Positions 8,955 through 15,671 of a DNA stretch of 20,000 nt are shown here, in pieces. The notes under the pieces were generated by a model. It was not told where the DNA came from. It did not search any database and saw only the letters and a program-made list of their open reading frames with translations. The stretch lies in the IMG/VR virus record IMGVR_UViG_3300042691_032227. The stretch is one strand, 5' to 3'. The DNA is from an uncultured virus (IMG/VR IMGVR_UViG_3300042691_032227) (lineage: Duplodnaviria > Heunggongvirae > Uroviricota > Caudoviricetes). Position 1 is the stretch's first letter, and each line of letters opens with the position of its first letter. The translations under genes and the position numbers were made by a program.

Positions 8955-9726
8955 ATTCAAAAAATTGATTGGTGTTTTGTACAACTATTTCTTGAACTTC
9001 TTCTTTGAATGAAGCATTTTTGGGGTAATCAAGAACTTTATGTTTTAGTGATTTGACAAGTTTCTTGTTCTCTATCTTGTTGCTAATAAATTTGATATAA
9101 CGATACTTGCCACTTTCACGTTTACGCCAAAATGTTCTACCTATACGTTCTTTTAGTTTATCTACACTATGTGTTTTCCACTTAGCATATACACTTCTAC
9201 TGTGTATCCATTTATAATTCGGGGGACCATCTAAACTAACACTATAGTTAGGCATTAGTGCCACATCGACATAATTATCGCCTTGAAAGAGAAAGCCTGT
9301 AGCTTGATAGATTGTACCTTTATGTCCAACTTCACTGTCAGCATAACTAAGAATACATTTTATGTAGGGATGTTCTATATTTAACAATCTGAAACTTTCA
9401 GCTATACAATAGCTTTCTATATTTTTACCGTAACCATCGGCAATCCACAGTCGTGTTAATTCCAACACATTGTTATTAGTAAGTAGTGGAGATATACTGG
9501 TACTAGCGTTTCTACCCACGGCATTTCCATATACTAATACACCTATTAATCTTTCGTTAAAACCACCAAAGAATGTACTTTCTATATATTCTTTATAATA
9601 AACTCCATAAGCTACAGTACATAGACTCCATTTATGTGTATAGTGATTCTTCTCAATAAGTGTTCTTGCAACATTCTTATTGATACTTTTTAAAAAAATT
9701 TGAGATGTATCACAATACTCCGACAT
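8953..9726 (-). CDS. mom: Mom-like (GNAT-fold) DNA adenine modification protein
   Basis: Motifs IEKNHYTH, LIGVLVYG, VLELTRLW, KNIESYCI and ILSYADSEVGHKGTIYQATGF match the Mu Mom family pattern. The start is reassigned to ATG 9726 (MSEYCDTS). Confidence 0.85.
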   Translation of the reverse strand: MSEYCDTSQIFLKSINKNVARTLIEKNHYTHKWSLCTVAYGVYYKEYIESTFFGGFNERLIGVLVYGNAVGRNASTSISPLLTNNNVLELTRLWIADGYGKNIESYCIAESFRLLNIEHPYIKCILSYADSEVGHKGTIYQATGFLFQGDNYVDVALMPNYSVSLDGPPNYKWIHSRSVYAKWKTHSVDKLKERIGRTFWRKRESGKYRYIKFISNKIENKKLVKSLKHKVLDYPKNASFKEEVQEIVVQNTNQFFE

Positions 9727-9732
9727 TATTTG

Positions 9733-9760
9733 ATTATAACAATACAATTCGGAGTGTCAA
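9733..9760 (-). promoter_or_regulatory. Consensus sigma70 promoter for the Mom-like gene
   Basis: The - strand reads TTGACA (9760-9755), a 16-nt spacer ending in TGt, TATAAT (9738-9733), 6 nt, then ATG. Confidence 0.85.
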
Positions 9761-9761
9761 G

Positions 9762-9977
9762 CTATAATATATAAAATAACCCCCTAGAATTATAAACTAC
9801 AATTTTTATTTTTGTTTGATTTATTTCATCTACCCCAAACCTATCAGTTATTTGAAATGGGTCTGGATGATGAACTGACTCTTCTCTTGCAATTATTTTA
9901 TTTTGTACTTTATATACATCCAAATCAGTATTTGTTATGTCTGGATGATATTGTCTGACCAAAGGCATCATTTTCAT
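9762..9977 (-). CDS. Hypothetical protein (71 aa)
   Basis: ATGA overlap with the cyclase stop (9974-9977). The ORF fills the gap up to the Mom promoter. Confidence 0.6.
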   Translation of the reverse strand: MKMMPLVRQYHPDITNTDLDVYKVQNKIIAREESVHHPDPFQITDRFGVDEINQTKIKIVVYNSRGLFYIL

Positions 9978-11755
9978 AGTTGTTTATTATTTAATGGTTC
10001 TATTTTTTTAACTCTTGTGGATGGAAACTCTTTATTACCAAAATCACTACCATATAAACTATATAGATGCATTACGACACCATGTTTAACTACTACATCT
10101 CCTAAATCTTGCACTAAAACATATTGTGGTCTATCATATTTAAGTATAACATCCGCACTTACTAATAAATGATTAGCTTCCCCAGAATCCATGACTCTTT
10201 GTGCATAATTAATTCCATCACCACTAATATTAAGGTTGCCATTAATATCTTCTAGTGGACATACATCTCCCCAGTGGATACCCATTCTCATTTGTAAGTC
10301 AGGTCTGTTTTTTACTGCTTTTGCTACCGTGATACCACAATTAATTGCATCTTCTAAATAAGTAAAAAATCCAAGTATCATTCCATCGCCGGTTGGTAGT
10401 ACAATAAGTTTTTCTAAAGCGTTTGCAGTTTTGAATTGTATTGTACCTTTAACAATTTCAGCTAAATCTTTAAAACACTTTCTTTGTTCTTCTGTTGTTT
10501 TTTTGCTATATCCAACAATATCCATAAAGAAGATATAGCCTGGTTGTATTACATCCAACTCAAGACGACTTGATTTAACTTCAGCCTCAATAACCTCGAC
10601 TTGTTTGATTATCTTTTTGGGAGGTTTTGGTGGATCTGGTTTTCTTTCTTCTACAGCTTTTATTTCTTCCGCTGGTTTGTTTTTACTTTTCAAAAAGTCT
10701 TGCCAGTTAATTGTTTTCTTTTCTTTATTTTTTACATTTTTATTTTTTTGTTCTTCTTCTTCTTGAATCTTTTTGAGACGAGCTTCTTCACGTTCTCTGC
10801 GTTCAAAATATCTACGCATTTCATCTTTAAGAACGACCGATACATCAATATATGTATCAGGCCCACTACCGCCAGTTTCTACTTTCTTTTTTCTGGTACC
10901 ACCCTTGGCTTGTAATAAGGCTTGCATTTTTACATTACCTGTTTTTATTGCCAAGTCTAATGGAGCTATTTCTCCTTTAAAATCCGCACCATTTACATTT
11001 GCGCCTAAACAAATTAGGTATTCTACCATTTCAATATCACCAGCATTAACAGCATAATGAATAGGCATCCATCCATTTTTATCGTCTCTTCCATTGATTT
11101 TACCATCAACATCATAGAATTTTTGAACACCCGCAAAATCACCCGTTTCAGCGCAAAAATGGATGCTTGATCCATAGGCAGATTTAGCTCCTGCTTTTAC
11201 TAATATTCTGACAATTTCTCCTCGGTTACCCAACGCGAGAACATCAATCGGATTGTTCTTACCTAAGAAATCTTTAGCGTTAACATCTACACCACGAACA
11301 ATTAAATACTCGACAAGATGTTTTTGTCCATAATGAACAGCGTAGTGTAAAGCAGTCCATCCTTTTGCAGCGTCCACCTCATTAAGAGTATGACCTTTGT
11401 TGAGCATTTCTTCTACAGAAACAATATCACCATTTTTTGCAGCCAAATGAAAACTGCTTCCGCTGCCATATCTCGCGCCTTTTTTCTGTAAAATTTCTAT
11501 TAAAGCAATGTGGTTTTTTTGTTCTGCAATATCTAATGCAGTATTTTTACCTGTCCAATCAGTAATATTAGGATCGGCGCCATGATTTAGTAATAAAGTT
11601 ACTATTTCTTTTTGATTTTCTTCAACAGCGACAATAAGAGGAGGATTACCTGTATCATCGTCTCGTTGGTTAACATTTACTTTATCACGTTCTATACAAT
11701 TGTAAACGTTGTCGTATAGACCTCTTCTAATAAGGGTAAAAATATTAATTGGCAT
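9974..11755 (-). CDS. Ankyrin-repeat / class III nucleotide (adenylate/guanylate-type) cyclase fusion (593 aa)
   Basis: About 9 ankyrin repeats (e.g. GWTALHYAVHYGQKHLVEYLIVRGVDVNAKD), a charged linker, then FMDIVGYS, LPTGDG, MRMGIHWG, GDGINYAQRV, LLVS and VKHG. The start is reassigned from 11815 to ATG 11755 (MPINIF). Confidence 0.92.
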   Translation of the reverse strand: MPINIFTLIRRGLYDNVYNCIERDKVNVNQRDDDTGNPPLIVAVEENQKEIVTLLLNHGADPNITDWTGKNTALDIAEQKNHIALIEILQKKGARYGSGSSFHLAAKNGDIVSVEEMLNKGHTLNEVDAAKGWTALHYAVHYGQKHLVEYLIVRGVDVNAKDFLGKNNPIDVLALGNRGEIVRILVKAGAKSAYGSSIHFCAETGDFAGVQKFYDVDGKINGRDDKNGWMPIHYAVNAGDIEMVEYLICLGANVNGADFKGEIAPLDLAIKTGNVKMQALLQAKGGTRKKKVETGGSGPDTYIDVSVVLKDEMRRYFERREREEARLKKIQEEEEQKNKNVKNKEKKTINWQDFLKSKNKPAEEIKAVEERKPDPPKPPKKIIKQVEVIEAEVKSSRLELDVIQPGYIFFMDIVGYSKKTTEEQRKCFKDLAEIVKGTIQFKTANALEKLIVLPTGDGMILGFFTYLEDAINCGITVAKAVKNRPDLQMRMGIHWGDVCPLEDINGNLNISGDGINYAQRVMDSGEANHLLVSADVILKYDRPQYVLVQDLGDVVVKHGVVMHLYSLYGSDFGNKEFPSTRVKKIEPLNNKQL

Positions 11756-11765
11756 AGTTAATAAA

Positions 11766-12143
11766 TTAGTCTTTTTTGAAACGAGACAAATCCAATTGAG
11801 GTAATGGTTTTTCAATATTCAAACCAGATAATCTTTCGTTTTGGATAACTAATTTACTACCGCCCACAACTTTACCATCAACTACATCGTATATAAAGAA
11901 TACGGTTTTGGTTAAACCAACTCTTACAATACGACCTGGTTTACCATCTATGAATACAACATCATCTTCTTTGTAATCACTGCCGATAAACATGAAAAGT
12001 GCTGCTGCAAACTTTTCAATACTCGATTTAAACATCAATGCAATCACTCCTGCTATAAACAACCAGACATATTTGCCCGTTAAATCTTGTGCGGTTGATT
12101 CTAATACCTTTTCTGATATTACATGTACTGAGTTTGTTTCCAT
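11766..12143 (-). CDS. Minimal MscS-like protein (TM segment plus middle beta domain)
   Basis: The hydrophobic stretch YVWLFIAGVIALMFKSSIEKFAAALFMFI is followed by YKEDDVVFIDGKPGRIVRVGLTKTVF...LVIQNERL. This parallels the MscS pattern PFKVGDxIxIxGxxGxVxxIGLRxT...IPN. Confidence 0.72.
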   Translation of the reverse strand: METNSVHVISEKVLESTAQDLTGKYVWLFIAGVIALMFKSSIEKFAAALFMFIGSDYKEDDVVFIDGKPGRIVRVGLTKTVFFIYDVVDGKVVGGSKLVIQNERLSGLNIEKPLPQLDLSRFKKD

Positions 12144-12220
12144 ATTTATATTGACTTTTACTACTAAATACTACCAACATCAAAACAAGTAGAAAGTCAT
12201 AACAAATATATTAATAAATA

Positions 12221-12628
12221 TCAAATGATGTATTTCAGAATAAAAAAGTTACAAAGTAGATGATAAGTGTTGTCACTAATAATATATAACCAAGTGGTAA
12301 TAAATTTGGGTCTAGCTGTAGTACAATCATTATTCCAATCATCATAATAGCCTGTAACTTTGCATTTGTCATACGATGGATATGACCAGTCTGGACCTAT
12401 ACGATTTTTGTACCACACGAAGTATTTAATAATACACCATCTATCTTGAATAAAATGTGTGAAGAATATCAAGAAAAGAGCTAATATATTATGTGTTAAT
12501 AATATAAATGGTAATGTATAAGTTAAACAATGAACTAAACAAGGAATTGTTCGTTTATTTTTATTTAGAGCCATCCAATCAGATTGAAGATAATAATCTG
12601 ACACCAAATGTGCTAGTAATTGTTCCAT
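12221..12628 (-). CDS. DUF3307-like membrane protein
   Basis: Motifs LLAHLVSDYYLQSDWMALNK, LVHCLTY, THFIQD and SDNTYH, with hydrophobic helices. Confidence 0.82.
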   Translation of the reverse strand: MEQLLAHLVSDYYLQSDWMALNKNKRTIPCLVHCLTYTLPFILLTHNILALFLIFFTHFIQDRWCIIKYFVWYKNRIGPDWSYPSYDKCKVTGYYDDWNNDCTTARPKFITTWLYIISDNTYHLLCNFFILKYII

Positions 12629-12643
12629 AACACTTATACAATA

Positions 12644-13603
12644 TTATCGTTTCCATTTTAATTCAACTAAAATATCATTAATTAGATCCTTTTCGTGACT
12701 ATCGAATTCTTTGTCAAATCTCTTAAGAACTTCTTCCAATGAATATGTTCTATCAGGCGCATCTTTTTGTTTTTCTTTTAATTCTTGTATTACGTCAACA
12801 ATTTTGGTAAGTGGCGATTTATACTCATCTACCGTATCTCTTGAAGCAAAATTGGCCATTTCAAAGGCTTTTGGTGTTAATCCTTTAATCAAACTTAAAA
12901 CCATAGAGCCAAACATATTAAATATACTAAATGCTGCTCCAGCAACTGGATTGACCATAGATAGTACTCTTAATACTAAGAATATAACTCCAAATATTAT
13001 TATGCCGGTTAATGCACTAAAGAAGAATTTTTTCATTCCCCATATTACAGCATTAAGACCAAACATACCACTCATACCATCCAAAGTTGCTTTATTTGCA
13101 TCCGCTTGTTTAGCTACTTCTTTAGCTTTTTCGTTCATGTCCCACATCTGATTATCATATTGTTCTTTTAACTCAGATGTTTCTTTTTGTAATTTATTTA
13201 TAATTTCATCCTTTTCTGCTAACATTTTCTCGCCACGTTTACGTTCTTCAACCACGGCTGAATTTAATAAGTCTACCATTTGTTTAACTTTATTAAGTTC
13301 ATCTATGTGTGGTGTACCTACTATAGAAATAACACGTTCATTCAGATCTTTAGCTGTTTTAACTTGACTTGGAGGATTTGTTACGGCACTTAGTGAATGT
13401 TGAATGCCGGCGGCTAAAGTAGCAGTTTGTATTTTTTTCTGTTTGTTATTTTTATCAAGATCGTCGATTGTGTTTTCGACCTTCTTTTCTTCTTTAGCAA
13501 GTTTTTTCTGATTATCATCGGTTGGTTTTGCTGGAGGAACCGTTGCGCAACTCAATACAAAAAACGACAACAATATTGTTATAATATAAGATAACTTCTT
13601 CAT
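12644..13603 (-). CDS. Lipoprotein with coiled coil and C-proximal TM helices (319 aa), possible unimolecular spanin
   Basis: The start is reassigned to ATG 13603, giving MKKLSYIITILLSFFVLS-C (signal peptide II/lipobox). About 170 aa of helical/coiled coil follow, then FFFSALTGIIIFGVIFLVLRVL and a second hydrophobic stretch. Confidence 0.65.
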   Translation of the reverse strand: MKKLSYIITILLSFFVLSCATVPPAKPTDDNQKKLAKEEKKVENTIDDLDKNNKQKKIQTATLAAGIQHSLSAVTNPPSQVKTAKDLNERVISIVGTPHIDELNKVKQMVDLLNSAVVEERKRGEKMLAEKDEIINKLQKETSELKEQYDNQMWDMNEKAKEVAKQADANKATLDGMSGMFGLNAVIWGMKKFFFSALTGIIIFGVIFLVLRVLSMVNPVAGAAFSIFNMFGSMVLSLIKGLTPKAFEMANFASRDTVDEYKSPLTKIVDVIQELKEKQKDAPDRTYSLEEVLKRFDKEFDSHEKDLINDILVELKWKR

Positions 13604-13617
13604 ATTTATAAATATGA
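13600..13617. promoter_or_regulatory. Palindromic bidirectional promoter/start element
   Basis: TCATATTTATAAATATGA is a perfect 18-bp palindrome. It contains both divergent start codons and has ATATTTAT on each strand. Confidence 0.75.
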
Positions 13618-14216
13618 TTAAACTAGGCGATTTAATTGAAAATGAAGAACTTTGTCCGATGCATTTATTGCAAAATATAGCAATTAGTGACAATCTAAAA
13701 TATCACATTGAAAAACAAATACCCCTAAGTGAAAACATTTTTAGAACTTATAGTGATAGTTACTTTGAGTTGTTGGAAGAGGTTCGTACTTTATATTTCA
13801 ACAACCAAATTGAATTATGTGATCCAGACGCTGAATTGGTGGAGAGTAATCTTGGTAAGAAAGAACTCTTCGAAGATAGAGAAGTTTATTTGGATGCACC
13901 TATTGAAGTAGAAGAAGATTTGTTGATGGAAGCTAAACATCGTGGCAGAAATGTTACTCTTAACAGACCAGTTAGAACACCGGGCGGACCAAAGAAGTAT
14001 GCGGTATATGTAAAATCAAAAAGTGGCAAAATTAAAAAAGTTACATTTGGAGATCCCAATTTGAGAGTAAGAGGACGCAGTGCTGCTCGACGTAAAAGTT
14101 TTGCGGCCAGACACAGATGTAGTCAAAAGAAAGATCGTACAACAGCTGGTTATTGGAGTTGTCGTAGTCATCGTATTCGTAGTTTAGGCAATAAGGGCAG
14201 AGGTAAGTACTGGTAA
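13614..14216 (+). CDS. Conserved phage protein: acidic N-domain plus basic C-domain
   Basis: The C-terminus VTLNRP...KKYAVYVK...KKVTFGDPN...RRKSFAARHRC...TAGYWSC is recalled as a widespread uncharacterised phage module. The leader is MIKLGDLIE. Confidence 0.78.
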   Translation: MIKLGDLIENEELCPMHLLQNIAISDNLKYHIEKQIPLSENIFRTYSDSYFELLEEVRTLYFNNQIELCDPDAELVESNLGKKELFEDREVYLDAPIEVEEDLLMEAKHRGRNVTLNRPVRTPGGPKKYAVYVKSKSGKIKKVTFGDPNLRVRGRSAARRKSFAARHRCSQKKDRTTAGYWSCRSHRIRSLGNKGRGKYW

Positions 14217-14217
14217 G

Positions 14218-14484
14218 ATGAGTTTGCCATTCATAGAAAAATCGTTGGGCAATAATCAGTATATAAGAGAATTTAGTGCTGATGTGGATACTCACGAACT
14301 AGAATGGCATATTGATCGTGAAGATAGAACTATTGAAGTTGTACAAAATACTGATTGGCAAGTTCAATTAGACAATAATTTACCAATATTACTTAAAGAG
14401 TCAATATTTATACCAAAAGAAACATATCACCGTGTAATAAAAGGCACGGGTAATTTAAAAGTAAAAATAACAAAACATATATGA
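14218..14484 (+). CDS. Small cupin-like protein
   Basis: ELEWHIDREDR and IFIPKETYHRVIKG fit cupin motifs 1 and 2 with His ligands. Confidence 0.7.
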   Translation: MSLPFIEKSLGNNQYIREFSADVDTHELEWHIDREDRTIEVVQNTDWQVQLDNNLPILLKESIFIPKETYHRVIKGTGNLKVKITKHI

Positions 14485-15632
14485 AATTTATAGATTTATT
14501 AACCGAAGTAAAAATGTATGAGGGATTGGGATTGCCTGCTGATAGTATACAAACACTGGATCAGTTCGTAAATTCATCTGGACTAGAGGAAGCTGATATG
14601 TTGGGCGCTATGACTCGCCCATTAACACCAGATGAGATGCAAGATTATCTTGCAAAAACCGCTGCTGGTAAAAAGACAAAGATGGATAAGTACACGATGC
14701 CTTATGTACACAGAGGTAATATTGAAATTAAAGATGAACAAGATCGTAAATTTGATCTTGATAAATTAAAAGCAGCAATTATTACTCGTCCTACAAAGTT
14801 GTTAAAACAAAACGAAAAGATTACTCACAGCGGTGGCGAAACAGCACAATATTATAATATCGGTTTACCAGCTTTAAAGGGATTGGCAGTAAATGAAAAG
14901 ACAGGTGATTTTATTGTGGTAGATACATGTCCTGGAGCAGGTGCGTGTAAGGTATATTGTTACGCTAAGAAAGGTGGTTATGTACAATGGAAAGCTAGTT
15001 CGATGTCACAAACCAAAGTATTAAATTTCTTGTTAAACGACCCACAAGGATTCAAAGCAAAATTAGAGTCTGAAATTCAAACAGAGGTGGATAAATTTGC
15101 TAAAAAGGGTGCTAAAGTAGTGATTAGATGGCACGATGCTGGAGACTTCTTTAGTCCTGATTATGTTGATTTAGCTTATAGTGTTGCTAGAAAATTTCCT
15201 CAAGTTGATTTTTATGCTTACACAAAAATGGCAAACGTAGCGACTGGAAATAAACCTGACAATTTTAAAATGAATTTTAGTATGGGTGCTACTCCAGAAC
15301 AAGAAAAACAAATACAACCCAAGACTACTAAGCATTCTACTGTAGTTCCAAAACCAATGTTTACCGATTTGATTCTAAAAGATGACAAGGGTAAATTGAT
15401 AAAAGATAAAGACGGTAAGATTCAATTTAAGTCTCCTGAAGCTATAGACATTTTGAAGGATAAATTGTCTGCTAAATATGGCGTTCCAAAAGACACTATA
15501 GTTACATATGACGAAATGAAGGTAATTCCAATTGGAAAAGAACCAAAGTTGAACGTCATAGTAAAACCAGGTGACGGCGACGAAAGTGCAAATAGAGCAG
15601 ATGTAGTTGGAACTTGGTTACTTATTCACTAA
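14481..15632 (+). CDS. Gp88-like (radical-SAM-like Cys-cluster) protein
   Basis: Motifs TCPGAGACKVYCYAKKG (CX5CX3C), IRWHDAGDFFS and FYAYTK. There is an ATGA overlap with the cupin gene, and the N-terminal extension begins MKFIDLLTE. Confidence 0.8.
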   Translation: MKFIDLLTEVKMYEGLGLPADSIQTLDQFVNSSGLEEADMLGAMTRPLTPDEMQDYLAKTAAGKKTKMDKYTMPYVHRGNIEIKDEQDRKFDLDKLKAAIITRPTKLLKQNEKITHSGGETAQYYNIGLPALKGLAVNEKTGDFIVVDTCPGAGACKVYCYAKKGGYVQWKASSMSQTKVLNFLLNDPQGFKAKLESEIQTEVDKFAKKGAKVVIRWHDAGDFFSPDYVDLAYSVARKFPQVDFYAYTKMANVATGNKPDNFKMNFSMGATPEQEKQIQPKTTKHSTVVPKPMFTDLILKDDKGKLIKDKDGKIQFKSPEAIDILKDKLSAKYGVPKDTIVTYDEMKVIPIGKEPKLNVIVKPGDGDESANRADVVGTWLLIH

Positions 15633-15658
15633 TTATATTGTATTATCTCACTAGAGAG

Positions 15659-15667
15659 ATATTTATA
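15659..15667 (+). promoter_or_regulatory. Putative late promoter ATATTTAT(A)
   Basis: The 8-mer ends 5 nt before ATG 15672. Confidence 0.65.
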
Positions 15668-15671
15668 ATTA

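Noticed and set aside
3630..13693. ORF-track start positions 3630, 5752, 9747, 11815 and 13693
   Set aside because: Each overlaps a neighbouring gene or promoter. The downstream ATGs (3696, 5935, 9726, 11755, 13603) fit the motifs, RBS or signal peptide.
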